A stretch of DNA of 64,000 nucleotides from Nitrosopumilus sp. (GTDB lineage Archaea > Thermoproteota > Nitrososphaeria > Nitrososphaerales > Nitrosopumilaceae), in the NCBI GenBank assembly GCA_965197525.1, contig OZ240211.1, positions 1,408,001-1,472,000 on the forward strand. Direction: 5' to 3'. The notes below the pieces were generated by a model, which was not told the origin of the DNA, did no database searches, and was given only the letters and a program-made list of their open reading frames with translations. How positions within the stretch are numbered: position 1 is the stretch's first letter; each line of letters opens with the position of its first letter. The position numbers were made by a program, and so were the translations under genes. Shown here in pieces: positions 39,622 through 50,294 of the stretch.

Positions 39622-40176
39622 TTAACATCTCTCATTTTCTTCTATTAATCCCTTGTCTCTCGTTTCTACGGTTTTTCCACGTTTTGTTGGTATGATTTTT
39701 CTTTCTGCGTCAATAAACACTCTATCAAACTGCTTTCCTTCTTGTATACGGTCTAAAAGAATTGCTAATGCACTAATCTCTGAATGCGGCTGACTTCCAA
39801 CCCCTACATTATAGTCTGCTAGTTCATAAATCTCTCTTGGAACTTTTTCAGCACCTACAACTACCAAGACGTCTTGCTCTTTTGCTATGCTGTCTTGTAC
39901 ATCATTAATACTCTGACCGTACATTGAGAGATGCACGATCTTGAATCCTTCCTGACTCCTCTTTTTTATTACGTCCTTCCATTTGTCGATAAACTCTACT
40001 TTAAAACTCCCTCCCCATGTCTTATTGATCTTCTCTAATGTATCCTTAATTTCAGGGTTAATTTCAGACATGTAAATTCTCTCAGCCCCAAAAGCTCTTG
40101 AAACAAGAGCTACATGTGTTGTGACTCTATCATCCCGTACAACCCGTTGTCCAATTCGTACTACTCTAATTACCAA
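39622..40176 (-). CDS. trm56: tRNA (cytidine56-2'-O)-methyltransferase aTrm56
   Basis: [41 protein letters not shown]; probable TTG start at 40176. Confidence 0.93.
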   Translation of the reverse strand: MVIRVVRIGQRVVRDDRVTTHVALVSRAFGAERIYMSEINPEIKDTLEKINKTWGGSFKVEFIDKWKDVIKKRSQEGFKIVHLSMYGQSINDVQDSIAKEQDVLVVVGAEKVPREIYELADYNVGVGSQPHSEISALAILLDRIQEGKQFDRVFIDAERKIIPTKRGKTVETRDKGLIEENERC

Positions 40177-41290
40177 ATATCTCTCCAAATCCTTTTTTTG
40201 TATTATTTTGCAGTTTCTGAAAACTTTGATTTTCAATAATCTCTTTGACTAGATTTTTTAACTCTTCAATATTTTTACCAGTTTTGGCAGAGATTGCCAT
40301 TATTTTTTTAGTTTCATTTAAATTCAAAATTTCAATCTTTTGTTGAATTTCTTCTGTTTCCAACAGATCAGATTTATTTAATGCGTACACTATTTTCTCC
40401 TGCCGCACTCCTAATTCACTTAATGTTCTCATACAACTAGAGAATTTTTTCTTCAATTCAAATACTGTATCATTAATATCAATAACTAAAATAATGATAT
40501 CCGAATGTAATAGTTCTTCTAATGTTGATTTGAATGCATCAATCATATACGCTGGTAATTTACTAATGAACCCTACTGTATCTCCAATTAAAAATGGTTC
40601 GTGATTAATTGTTATTCTTCGTACAGTTGTAGTCAATGTTGTAAATAATTCCCCACTTTGAATCTTTGTTTCCCCTGTTGTTTTATTAAACAATGTTGTT
40701 TTTCCTGCTGATGTATATCCTGCCAACGATATTATCTTAAATCCTGCTCTCTTTCTCCCTTGTCTATGTATCTCTCTTTGCTTGCCCGCTTTTTGTAATT
40801 TAGATTTTATTGTCTGCATTCGATGCTTAATATCATTATAATATACATCTACTTCAAATTTTCCTATTCCCATAAACCCTGGTTGCTCACCCATGTTTGC
40901 AAGACGAACCTTTTCTTTTGCTCTTGACATCTCATATCGAAGCTGCGCCAATTTTACCTGCAATTTAGATTCTGCACTTGATGTTCTGCTCTCAAAAATT
41001 TCCAGAATCAACGCTTCTCTATCCAATATCTCTTTATGTAGTATTGTTGCAAGATTATAATTCTGACTAGGTTTTAATATTTCATCAAATATTATCACAT
41101 CTGGTCTGAGCTTCTCTGTTATCTCCTCTAGCCTCTCAGCTACTCCTCCCGTTATTCCGTATTTTGGACTTTGAAGATATCTTTGTGTTATGATGTGTAC
41201 CAGCTGGTACCCTGCTGCAGCGCACAATCCTTTTGCCTCATTTATTGAATCCTCTTGATCGTACGTTATCAAAATTGCAGTATTTGTCAC
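40166..41290 (-). CDS. hflX: GTPase HflX
   Basis: [33 protein letters not shown]. Confidence 0.94.
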   Translation of the reverse strand: MTNTAILITYDQEDSINEAKGLCAAAGYQLVHIITQRYLQSPKYGITGGVAERLEEITEKLRPDVIIFDEILKPSQNYNLATILHKEILDREALILEIFESRTSSAESKLQVKLAQLRYEMSRAKEKVRLANMGEQPGFMGIGKFEVDVYYNDIKHRMQTIKSKLQKAGKQREIHRQGRKRAGFKIISLAGYTSAGKTTLFNKTTGETKIQSGELFTTLTTTVRRITINHEPFLIGDTVGFISKLPAYMIDAFKSTLEELLHSDIIILVIDINDTVFELKKKFSSCMRTLSELGVRQEKIVYALNKSDLLETEEIQQKIEILNLNETKKIMAISAKTGKNIEELKNLVKEIIENQSFQKLQNNTKKGFGEIFGN

Positions 41291-41377
41291 AATATTGACT
41301 CCTTGATTTTACCCAACTCAAAACCTCTCAAATTATTTATTTTAATTTGTATTGATCTCCAACCCCTATATGATAAC

Positions 41378-42415
41378 TTAGTCTATTTTTTTTAGCATTT
41401 TTTCTACATTCATATTCAAGACAATCTCTGCTATATCACTTGCATATTCTGAAACTCTCCTAATATTCTCAGTCATTCTTCTAATCCTGTATATCTCTTC
41501 ATCATCTTTTAATGATCTTGCAGCATTTATGATGTCTTCTTCAAACTTGGCAATTTTATTTATTTTTATTATTGTTTTTTCTGCTTGACTGTTGTCTTCT
41601 TTGAACAGTGCTAAACATGATTCGTCTAAAACAGATAGACAAAAGTTATTCATGTTTTGCAGTTTTTCTACAATGTTTTTTTTAACTGGTTTTTTAAACT
41701 CTAAAAGATCTTTTGCGATAAATGCTGCATGGTCTCCGGTTCTCTCTATATTCTTTACAATTAGTCTATATCCTAAACAATTCCTTGCATTTCGTAAGCC
41801 CATTTCCTTTAACATATGTTCATTTTGTATTGCAATCTTTAACTGACGAATAATATAAAATCCGAATCTATCTACTTCGTCATCCGTATTGATTACTTCT
41901 TGGGCTAACTCTAAATCATTTCCTTTTACTGCAAGTATTGCATCATTTGACATTGATTTTGCCAAGTGAATCATACGCTTGAACGCTCCATCGACTGATA
42001 ATTCTAATAGATTCACAAGAACTTGAATTGTAATTCCTTGGGTCGAATCTGCAATGATCTCTGAACCCATAAGCATTCTCTTCACTGATTCCTTCACCGC
42101 ATTTCTTTGCTGTACACTCAATCTACCCACTTTTGACTTGACATTAATTGTCTTGAATCCTAAGAAATACACAGAGATTAGCTTTCTAACAATTGATGAT
42201 GACTCTTCTATGTCGTCTATCTCAATTACTGCATTATCTTTCTTTAGAGTACGTGACCCTGCTGTTGGTGGATAGATTTCTAATGATGACGATCCTTTTC
42301 TGACCATTCTTAACTGATCACCTCGTTTCAGACCCAATTCTGTTATCCACTGCTTTGGTAGTGAGATTATGTATGACGATTTGCCTGTAAATTGAATTTT
42401 TCTTGACTCTTCCAT
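41378..42415 (-). CDS. AbrB-PhoU phosphate-uptake regulator
   Basis: RKIQFTGKSSYIISLPKQW (AbrB) plus PhoU repeats (DDEVDRF, IERTGDHA). Confidence 0.92.
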   Translation of the reverse strand: MEESRKIQFTGKSSYIISLPKQWITELGLKRGDQLRMVRKGSSSLEIYPPTAGSRTLKKDNAVIEIDDIEESSSIVRKLISVYFLGFKTINVKSKVGRLSVQQRNAVKESVKRMLMGSEIIADSTQGITIQVLVNLLELSVDGAFKRMIHLAKSMSNDAILAVKGNDLELAQEVINTDDEVDRFGFYIIRQLKIAIQNEHMLKEMGLRNARNCLGYRLIVKNIERTGDHAAFIAKDLLEFKKPVKKNIVEKLQNMNNFCLSVLDESCLALFKEDNSQAEKTIIKINKIAKFEEDIINAARSLKDDEEIYRIRRMTENIRRVSEYASDIAEIVLNMNVEKMLKKID

Positions 42416-42504
42416 GATCTAAATAATACGACACATTCTATATAGTTTTTCATTTGTTATATAGTAAATCATTGAACTAATATTTAGAAATGTTAAACCA
42501 CTAT

Positions 42505-42981
42505 ATGATGGATCATAATCTTAAACTCGAGCATTCACTTGATGCATTATTTGGTAATGGTGCATCAAAACGATTGCCAAACGATATTGAGATAGCTTTT
42601 TCACCTAAAACCGGAAGAATAAGGACCGTTTCACATAAAGGAGAACTGCTTTGTACGCTGAGAATTGACGGCAGTTTGGCAATTAGTGTTTATTTTGCAC
42701 AAGTGCTATTAAAAGATAAAACATTCAAACAAAATTGTGTAGAGGTTAACCAAGATGCCGCTCCGTTTGTTCAGCAAGGCAGATCAGTATTTTGTAAGCA
42801 TGTAATATGGTGTGGCAGGAGAGTATCTGTCTCTGCTGACACGCCTATATTATTTAAAAATCAGGTTATTGCAGTTGGTAAAGCACTTTTATCGTATCAA
42901 ATGATTACCGATTTGAATCGCGGTGTTGCAGTCAAGGTTAGAGATAGTTTAAAAAGTCGTAATGAGGAGATATTGTTATGA
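42505..42981 (+). CDS. PUA-domain protein (TGT C-terminal-like)
   Basis: SPKTGRIR, GRSVFCKHV, AVGKA..S, GVAVKVR. Confidence 0.82.
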   Translation: MMDHNLKLEHSLDALFGNGASKRLPNDIEIAFSPKTGRIRTVSHKGELLCTLRIDGSLAISVYFAQVLLKDKTFKQNCVEVNQDAAPFVQQGRSVFCKHVIWCGRRVSVSADTPILFKNQVIAVGKALLSYQMITDLNRGVAVKVRDSLKSRNEEILL

Positions 42982-43334
42982 TGCGAGGAGGTGCAGGCGG
43001 CGGAAATCGTGGAATGCGAAGAATGATGGATAAGATGGGCTTGGATATGAACGACATTTCAAACGTTCAAGAGGTTATAATAAAGACCGATAAAAAAGAG
43101 ATAATCGTGTCCAAACCTACTGTTAATGAGATGTCAGCTAAAGATTCTGTTACTTTTATTATATCTGCCCCAGATTTTGAGGAAAGAGAGCTAGAGGTTC
43201 CATTCTTCTCTGAGGAGGACATCAAAGTGGTATGTGATCAGACAGGAGTTGATCAAGAGAGAGCGAAAAATGCTCTAGAGGAGTCTGATGGTAATATCGC
43301 AAGGGCCATATTACTTTTAACTACTCCATCATAA
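42978..43334 (+). CDS. nac: Nascent polypeptide-associated complex protein
   Basis: MRRMMDKMG, VQEVII, UBA-like EEDIKVV..QTGV....A..AL....GNIARAI. Confidence 0.92.
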   Translation: MMRGGAGGGNRGMRRMMDKMGLDMNDISNVQEVIIKTDKKEIIVSKPTVNEMSAKDSVTFIISAPDFEERELEVPFFSEEDIKVVCDQTGVDQERAKNALEESDGNIARAILLLTTPS

Positions 43335-43455
43335 GTGCAATAACCTGAATGTTGTGGTAATATCGCAAGGACCACCACATGATTAACAAATAATCACTGC
43401 ATTTGGGATTCAAAATGAATGATTTAAGTAATGGAATTATTAGATTTGAGATATA

Positions 43456-43791
43456 ATGTCTAGTATGCCAGAGTCCAAAGTTACTGGGATTATCACGTCT
43501 TTAAATCACTTGGAGGATTCACTTGATTCTCTAAACAGCAAAGTATCTGATATGAAGCAACAGCTTTCTGTGACGGCGCAAGCAGAGATTGATGCGCTGT
43601 TAAAGAAGACTCAAGAGATGGCCACAAAGGAGGCTGAGACTATTATTAACGCGTCAAAAGAGAAAGCGACTGCTGAATCAGAGGATATTGTCAAACAAGG
43701 TGATGCGAAACTATCTGAACTCCAATCAAACATTGATGCCAATTTTGATCAAGCAGTAAAACACGTAGTGTCAACTATTTTGAAGGCATAA
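43456..43791 (+). CDS. Coiled-coil protein, A/V-ATPase subunit G/H-like
   Basis: Long amphipathic helix, EA..II..KEKA..E..IV..G; weak. Confidence 0.55.
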   Translation: MSSMPESKVTGIITSLNHLEDSLDSLNSKVSDMKQQLSVTAQAEIDALLKKTQEMATKEAETIINASKEKATAESEDIVKQGDAKLSELQSNIDANFDQAVKHVVSTILKA

Positions 43792-43896
43792 ATCTAAATC
43801 ATGTGTTGCACTTTATAAAATATCGATCCTCTTCAAAGCATTCGCATTGGTGTTGCAACTGTTTATGGTAAACCGTACTATAGATTTTCAACCTGC

Positions 43897-44478
43897 TTGA
43901 AGACACTTGACTTGTCATTTGATTCCATTCTTCCAGAAGAAATTACTAACTATTGCGGTGATATTATATTTACCACTAGAATGGAATATTCTCAAAAATC
44001 TAAGAAAGTCATATTTTATGAAGATATTTCTAAGCAGTATCCTCCTAGCGTAATTAGAGGTATATTGATACAAAAACTTGATCTACATTTTCAAGAAGAC
44101 GATTTAATCATTGGAGTTGATCCAGGGCAAAGAATTGGTTTGTCTATATTATATTATGGAACAGAGATTGAGAATTCATTTTATTCGTCAGTTGACGGAT
44201 TGGTATCTCACATCATTAGAGTTTTAGGAGTACTTCGAGCTAGAAGAAAAATTTTAAAGATTGGTAATGGTCATATGGAGATTGCAACACAGATTGTAAA
44301 AACACTCAATCTAAAATTTTGTTCATCTTTTGAATTAGAGTTCGTCGACGAGTACAAGACAACTATGAAGATCAAAAATTTCAATCAACGAGGAAGACGT
44401 GATATGCTCTCTGCAAAGTTTATCTCTTCACGTCAGGGGTCTAGACGTTCTATCTTACCACTATCTATTATTGGCTGA
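43897..44478 (+). CDS. Hypothetical protein with an RNase H-like GVDPG motif
   Basis: IIGVDPGQRIG, IGNG, VDEY.T, RDMLSA; frame stays open upstream to ~43820 without a canonical start. Confidence 0.65.
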   Translation: MKTLDLSFDSILPEEITNYCGDIIFTTRMEYSQKSKKVIFYEDISKQYPPSVIRGILIQKLDLHFQEDDLIIGVDPGQRIGLSILYYGTEIENSFYSSVDGLVSHIIRVLGVLRARRKILKIGNGHMEIATQIVKTLNLKFCSSFELEFVDEYKTTMKIKNFNQRGRRDMLSAKFISSRQGSRRSILPLSIIG

Positions 44479-44803
44479 GTTATCTCTTTTGAGATGTCCA
44501 TTATAATCAACTTAACCATTAATTTTATCATACATCAACCAATATCTTGTTTTATTATGAATTTTACTCGTTTTTTAAACAAATATTGAAATTTTTTGTT
44601 AAACATCTATATTGATATTGTCTTATTTTGGATAAAAAATGCTTTCAAAAAAGCTATACATATTTATTGAAGTTTTTAATGTTTTTCTTGTAAAAATAAT
44701 TTTTAAGGCTATCTAATTTATAATATTTACAGTTTTTTATCAATTTTTCTATGGATTTTCTCGATCTATGCTTATATAGTTATGAATTCTATATGATCCT
44801 AGG

Positions 44804-45241
44804 ATGACATGTAAAGGAATTTGTGTTAGATACAAGGCTCAAAAGCCTGTTGGAACCGGAAGATATGCTTCAGGACAACGTCGATGCCAGATTTGCGAAA
44901 TATTCATCAAATGGGAAGGACTTTGGTGTCCATGCTGTGGATATAGATTAAGAACCAAACCACGTAATTTAAAATACAAAGCAAAATTACGCGCAAGAGT
45001 GGAAGCTGATTCTATTGAAGCAAAAACAACTAATGAAATCAGGACACAAGTTCAGGTAGTTGCAGCTAAATCAAAGACCAAGTCAAAAGTAAAGACTGCC
45101 AAGCCAAAGAGTAAAGAAAAAACTCCATGCAAGTACTGTGAAAAACTGTTTATCTATCCAGATAAGCATGAAAAGAACTGCAAGGTAAAGGCAGCAATTA
45201 CGACTTCTCAACTTGGTGAAACAATAGCAATAAAAGCGTAA
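44804..45241 (+). CDS. Cys-rich basic zinc-finger protein
   Basis: CKGIC, CQIC, CPCC, plus C-terminal CKYC..H...C. Confidence 0.8.
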   Translation: MTCKGICVRYKAQKPVGTGRYASGQRRCQICEIFIKWEGLWCPCCGYRLRTKPRNLKYKAKLRARVEADSIEAKTTNEIRTQVQVVAAKSKTKSKVKTAKPKSKEKTPCKYCEKLFIYPDKHEKNCKVKAAITTSQLGETIAIKA

Positions 45242-45258
45242 GACGTGTTCATAGTTTA

Positions 45259-45600
45259 TTGACCTCTCCAAATGGATTTTTCCAGAAAACGGTACATTTG
45301 GAGAGCCGTTCTTTTTCTTTAAGAATTCAAAAATTTGAAAATGGTTATTTTATCTCCGTTACTGAAGGTCCTGATAAATTGGGTTCAATGGTTATCTCTT
45401 TGATGTCAGGCCCTGTTCCTGTCACAACTAGTATTACTCCATCTAGAACAGATTCATTATTTTTAAAACTTGTTGCACAAAGAGTTAGTACAAAGATGGG
45501 CGGTATTGCATTAGTGTCTACCTTTGTTCAAAAACAATTAGAGCCTGCTATTGCAAAAGGCTTAATGCTTGAGATTATGAATGTAATTGAGAATGAATGA
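45259..45600 (+). CDS. Hypothetical protein (possibly proteasome-chaperone-like)
   Basis: TTG-start ORF overlapping the ubiD start; similarity call is weak. Confidence 0.6.
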   Translation: MTSPNGFFQKTVHLESRSFSLRIQKFENGYFISVTEGPDKLGSMVISLMSGPVPVTTSITPSRTDSLFLKLVAQRVSTKMGGIALVSTFVQKQLEPAIAKGLMLEIMNVIENE

Positions 45601-46928
45601 ATGATTTAAGAGACTATATATCACAAATTAAGAAAATCAAAGAACTAAAGGTCACAAAAACAAACGTTTCAACCAAATTTGAGATTGCGGGAATAACTGC
45701 CAAAGCCGACGGTCTGCATGCTGTATTGTTTGAAAATATCAAAGAGAGTAATTTTCGTCTAGTTGCTAATCTAGTTGGAACTAGAAGACGGTTTGGCATG
45801 GCAGTAGGCGGTACAGAATTTAATATTCACGAAAAAATTATTTCTGCAATAAAGCACGTAAAAAAACCTAAAATTGTTACAACTGGAAAGTTCATGGAGA
45901 ATTCATCAAAGAATCTTCTCTCTTTGCCTATTGTGACCCACTTTGAAAAAGAATCTGGTCCTTTTATTACATCCTCAATCGTGTATGTAAAAAATCCGGA
46001 AACCGGAAAACAAAATTCTTCTTTTCATAGATTAATGCCGATTGACAAAAATCATTTTTCGATAAGAATGGTAGAAGGCCGTCATTTGCATCGATGTTTT
46101 ATTGATGCCAAAGAACATAAAGAAGATCTCAACGTTGCTGTAACTGTTGGTGTCCATCCAGCTATATCAATTGCAGGTGCATATCAGGCAGATTGGGGGA
46201 AAGACGAGCTTGATATCGCTAATTCACTTTTACAAGGAAGACTAACTTTGGCTAAACTTCCCTTTACAGGATTGAATGTACCATCCGGTTCTGAAATTGT
46301 TATGGAAGGAAAGATACTGTCTGATAAAGCCCATCCTGAATGGATGGTTGAAATGCTTCAAACATATGATCACAAGAGATCTCAGCCTGTTTTTCAGCTT
46401 GAGAGTTTACACTTTAGAAATAATCCCATATTTCATGATATCTTATCTGGTTATTCTGAACACCGGTTACTAATGGGGATGCCAATTGAATCCAAACTAA
46501 ACGGAGAATTGAAGAAATCTTTTCCCCAAACATGCCAAGTTTCGATGACTAATGGTGGATGTAATTGGTTACATGCTGTTGTACAAATTAAAAAGAAAAA
46601 CAACTCTGATCCGATGAAGGTAATCAAAAAAACATTCCAATCACATCGCTCATTAAAGCAAGTCACGGTAGTTGATGATGATATTGATCCTAATAGTGCA
46701 GAATCTATTGAATACGCAATGGCTACACGATTCCAAGCAGATAAAGATCTCTATATTCTCAAAAATGTACGAGGGTCTAGTCTTGATCCTTCAAGTGATC
46801 AACGTAAATTACAAACTGCAAAGATGGGTATTGATGCAACAATACCTCAAAACAAGCGACCCGAGGGTTTTGAGCTGGCCAAAATTCCCAAGATTGGGAA
46901 GATCACGCTAGAGAAATATTTTAAATAA
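45597..46928 (+). CDS. UbiD-family prFMN-dependent decarboxylase
   Basis: ESGPFITS, RHL, EGK...E..VEM..TY, VVDDDID, GSSLDPS, KMGIDAT. Confidence 0.92.
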   Translation: MNDLRDYISQIKKIKELKVTKTNVSTKFEIAGITAKADGLHAVLFENIKESNFRLVANLVGTRRRFGMAVGGTEFNIHEKIISAIKHVKKPKIVTTGKFMENSSKNLLSLPIVTHFEKESGPFITSSIVYVKNPETGKQNSSFHRLMPIDKNHFSIRMVEGRHLHRCFIDAKEHKEDLNVAVTVGVHPAISIAGAYQADWGKDELDIANSLLQGRLTLAKLPFTGLNVPSGSEIVMEGKILSDKAHPEWMVEMLQTYDHKRSQPVFQLESLHFRNNPIFHDILSGYSEHRLLMGMPIESKLNGELKKSFPQTCQVSMTNGGCNWLHAVVQIKKKNNSDPMKVIKKTFQSHRSLKQVTVVDDDIDPNSAESIEYAMATRFQADKDLYILKNVRGSSLDPSSDQRKLQTAKMGIDATIPQNKRPEGFELAKIPKIGKITLEKYFK

Positions 46929-46976
46929 ACAATCTTAGCTACATTAAATTGGCTGTCTGTTGTTGATACAAACAGA

Positions 46977-47462
46977 TTGACCAAACAATCAAAAAATTCC
47001 CAAAAAAGCTCTTCTAAATCGCACGCTCAAGTAATTGTTAGAATGTTTCCATCTGATGCTAATCCTGCAGGAAATGTGTTTGGTGGTGAAATTTTAAAAC
47101 ACATTGATATGGTTGCAGGCATCGTTGCACAACGCCATTCACAATTACCTGCAGTTACCGTATCTATGGATAGTGTGACTTTTCTAAAACCAGTCTTTGT
47201 TGGCGATGTTCTCATATTGAATGCTCGGATAAACTATGTTCATAATTCGTCTATGGAGATTGAAGTAACAGTCAAAGCAGAAGACATGGTAACTGGCGTT
47301 ACAATTGTTACTGGAACTGCCTTTGTTACATTTGTAGCCATTGATAAGGATGGAAGACCCACACCTGTTCCAAAACTATCTCTTAAAACCGATTATGATA
47401 AGATAAAATTTGAAGAAGGCAGAATGAGAATGAATAGGAGATTAAAAGATCGGAAAAAATAA
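46977..47462 (+). CDS. Acyl-CoA thioesterase (HotDog fold)
   Basis: PSDANPAGNVFGGEILKHID, FVAID..GRP. Confidence 0.92.
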   Translation: MTKQSKNSQKSSSKSHAQVIVRMFPSDANPAGNVFGGEILKHIDMVAGIVAQRHSQLPAVTVSMDSVTFLKPVFVGDVLILNARINYVHNSSMEIEVTVKAEDMVTGVTIVTGTAFVTFVAIDKDGRPTPVPKLSLKTDYDKIKFEEGRMRMNRRLKDRKK

Positions 47463-47514
47463 TATTTTCTGGTAATTAGATTCATTTAAGAATAGTAAAA
47501 ACAATCATTAGTTA

Positions 47515-47928
47515 ATGTCTAAAACACAGAACAATAATGAGTGGGATTCTTTATGGCAAGAGTATGCCAAAGCACTTGAAAATTGGAAATCACTCTTTGA
47601 GCAGATCCAAAAAGCAAGTAATGATATGCAGACAAAGTTCAACGAAGTATGGGATAAGGCAACTGTTGAATCTAGTAGTGACACTATCAAATTATTTGGG
47701 GAAAATTGGCAGAAAGCTCTCAACGAAACGGGACTAAGTTCCTATAAAGAATTTACTGAAAATTGGCAGAAAGCTCTCAACGACACCAACGCATCTACTT
47801 TTAAGCAATTTACCGAGAGTTGGCAAAAGTCTTTTAGCTCATCCGGATTAGAACAGATGAATGCTTATGGTGAAATGATGAAGAAGTTTGCCGATACCTG
47901 GACTTCGATGTGGCCAAAATCCAGTTAG
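47515..47928 (+). CDS. Trp-periodic amphipathic helical protein
   Basis: ENWQKALN twice, ESWQK, DTWTSMW. Confidence 0.75.
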   Translation: MSKTQNNNEWDSLWQEYAKALENWKSLFEQIQKASNDMQTKFNEVWDKATVESSSDTIKLFGENWQKALNETGLSSYKEFTENWQKALNDTNASTFKQFTESWQKSFSSSGLEQMNAYGEMMKKFADTWTSMWPKSS

Positions 47929-48174
47929 ATTTTTGAATTGAGAGAAAAACTTCTCTTTTTTTGTACTTGCACTGGTTTAGAGATAATGACTGCTGTTGGC
48001 GTTGTTTCTTATTTGTTTTATCTCAATGCATTTATTCTCTCATTAATTTCTGGTTGTTTTTGGAAAATTGACTGTCTTTCATTTCATAATGCAATACTTT
48101 GATAACCAAAATCTAAAGAAACAGTATAATCAAAATATGAAAAGCATAAAACTGTGACTAGTCCATAATTTTTA

Positions 48175-48837
48175 ATGTCAGTTACTCAAAACGAATATTT
48201 TATAGAACTAGCTAGTTTTTCTGATTTAGCAAGGTATGCATGTGCTTTGCAAGAATACCCTAAACGAGTCTATTCACATCAGTTCAATAATTCCCGCATT
48301 ATTTCAAGCACTTTAACTTTAGCAAACACTTTACTAGTCTTTTATACCACTCTACCAAAATTTGGCAGATATGTTTCTTACAGGATTACTGCTAAAAAAG
48401 AGATCTGTGATATAGTGGATTCTACAAAAAGTATTGCAAATTATGCTCCAATTATTCATATGGAGTCTGGCATCTCTCCACTATTACCTGCAAAATCAGA
48501 TAAGATTGCTGATAAATTCTATCCGCTTAAAGTCAAAGATTTGGGAAGTTTGGCACGATTAACATACGATCATGAATTTCCAGAAGAGCATAATCTTACA
48601 CTTTATGCGTTCCCATATGATGATTCTTGGATACTAGGTTATATCACATCTCTTGATATGGATGAGGTGTATTATAATTTCAACTATATTGAACTGTCTT
48701 CTGAACCTGCAAAAAATTTTCTCAAATATCAAGGAAATCAAGGCAAAGATCCAGAATTTTTAGATGATTTTGCTAATGGATATTCGTATCTGCCGATTAT
48801 CAAAATAAAAGACGAGCATAGCATCTTTGGATTCTAA
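48175..48837 (+). CDS. Hypothetical protein
   Basis: 220-aa ORF with host-like composition; internal repeat DLARY / SLARL. Confidence 0.75.
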   Translation: MSVTQNEYFIELASFSDLARYACALQEYPKRVYSHQFNNSRIISSTLTLANTLLVFYTTLPKFGRYVSYRITAKKEICDIVDSTKSIANYAPIIHMESGISPLLPAKSDKIADKFYPLKVKDLGSLARLTYDHEFPEEHNLTLYAFPYDDSWILGYITSLDMDEVYYNFNYIELSSEPAKNFLKYQGNQGKDPEFLDDFANGYSYLPIIKIKDEHSIFGF

Positions 48838-48887
48838 GATTGAACGTATGTGAACACATGTAACCACCCTCCTCCTAGTATCTATGT

Positions 48888-49023
48888 GATAGGCTGACCC
48901 CTAAATCGACATGGGCTTCGCGCCCTTGTGCATGAATGGGGGGGGGGGGGAGAGGAGGAGGATCCGAGCTGCTGTGTTCCTAGGCTTCGCGCCCTGATAG
49001 GTAATTGCAGCTTCCGGTCTGTC
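48888..49023 (+). ncRNA. Putative bridge RNA of IS110 copy 2
   Basis: Same scaffold as 13308-13425 with compensatory changes (GGGC-TTCGC-GCCC; outer stem GATAGGCTG/CGGTCTGTC); G13 plus purine run between the loops. Confidence 0.72.
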
Positions 49024-49055
49024 AGATGAATCCCAAAGGAGGTGAAAATAAAGGA

Positions 49056-50129
49056 TTGACAATAATAGGAACGAAAAAGATAGGAACGAAAAGTGTAGGA
49101 ATAGACATCGGTAAGAGGAGATGTATAGTGTGTATTATGAATGAAGATGGCGCCGTAATGGAGAGAACAGAATATGATAACACGTTTGAAGATGCTACAA
49201 AATTTGCTAAAAAGATAAAACAAGAATATGGAGAGTGCAAAGCTGCATGTGAAACAACCGGTAACATGTGGATAAAAACATTTGAGGCGTTTGAGAGTCA
49301 GAACATACCAATCAAACTAACAAACACATTCAAGATGAAGATAATATCAGAGACTAGTGTAAAGACTGATATTATTGATGCACGCAAGATTGCCGATTTG
49401 GTAAGAGTTGACATGATACCAAGATGCTATGTTGCGCCTGCTGACATACGAGATAACAGACAGCTATTAAGGCACAGGATTAGTCTGGTCCAAGACAGAA
49501 CAAAGGTGATTAATCATGTTCGGAATCTGCTTGACAAGTATGATATCAAAATAGGTGGATCAGAAATACACTCAAAAAAGTCATTGAAACAACTTGCAGA
49601 CACCAATCTTCGTGGAGATAACGATCAGTTCATGCTAAGACAATGCGTCAGACAGATACAGTATCTGAATGATGAGATAGAACATACAGAAGAAAAGATA
49701 GCACAACAAGCTTCAAAAAATGACTATGCACAGATTCTACCTAGCATGACAGGAATAGAGATATTTTCAGCCATGCTTATCGCATCAGAGATTGGAGATA
49801 TCTCAAGATTCAACACTGCAAAACAGCTAGTGTCATGGGCAGGCATGTGTCCACGAGTGTACCAATCAGGTAATACGACACATCATGGAAGAATAAAAAA
49901 AGATTCAAACAGACGAGTCAACTGGATAATGATTCAGGATGCCAACACTGCAGTACGTCATGATGGTATAATGAAGAGATTTTACGAGCAGGTCAAACAA
50001 AGACATGGCGGCAATCATCCAATTGCAATAACACATGTTGCAAACAAGATGATTACGATAATCTGGAATATGTTGACTGCCATAACCACGTACTCTACCA
50101 AAAGTAACGATGTATCAAAGAGAGCTTAA
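49056..50129 (+). CDS. IS110 DEDD recombinase/transposase (C-terminus probably frameshifted)
   Basis: GIDIGKR, ACETTG, KTDIID, GMCPRVYQSG; TTG start after GGAGGTG; the alternative frame near 50100 gives MYQRELKKI, resembling copy 1 YGRKMKRM. Confidence 0.92.
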   Translation: MTIIGTKKIGTKSVGIDIGKRRCIVCIMNEDGAVMERTEYDNTFEDATKFAKKIKQEYGECKAACETTGNMWIKTFEAFESQNIPIKLTNTFKMKIISETSVKTDIIDARKIADLVRVDMIPRCYVAPADIRDNRQLLRHRISLVQDRTKVINHVRNLLDKYDIKIGGSEIHSKKSLKQLADTNLRGDNDQFMLRQCVRQIQYLNDEIEHTEEKIAQQASKNDYAQILPSMTGIEIFSAMLIASEIGDISRFNTAKQLVSWAGMCPRVYQSGNTTHHGRIKKDSNRRVNWIMIQDANTAVRHDGIMKRFYEQVKQRHGGNHPIAITHVANKMITIIWNMLTAITTYSTKSNDVSKRA

Positions 50130-50294
50130 AAAGATCAGTGACGCACAATGATGTAAGACTGGAATGCAATTGAGACAGACATAATGCTGTGAGCAATGGA
50201 TAGTTATCCACACAGGTGTTCACGTCATCCCTTAATCCGTGCCTAACTACAATCCACATCGACCTATCCATAAGCACGAATCAAGAGGGATGTG

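Larger units (their letters stand above)
48846..50219 (+). mobile_element. IS110-family element, copy 2 (diverged from copy 1)
   Basis: Left end aligns with copy 1 (GTGAACACATGTAA vs TTGAATGCATGTAA; exact core uncertain within 48846-48851); right end GCTGTG..GGATAGTT..ACACAGGT-GT aligns with copy 1 GCTGTG..GGATGTT..ACATAGGT-GT. Confidence 0.75.

Noticed and set aside
48938-48962. G13 plus GGA run as a functional G-quadruplex
   Set aside because: Absent from copy 1 and homopolymer length is error-prone; noted only as an insertion.
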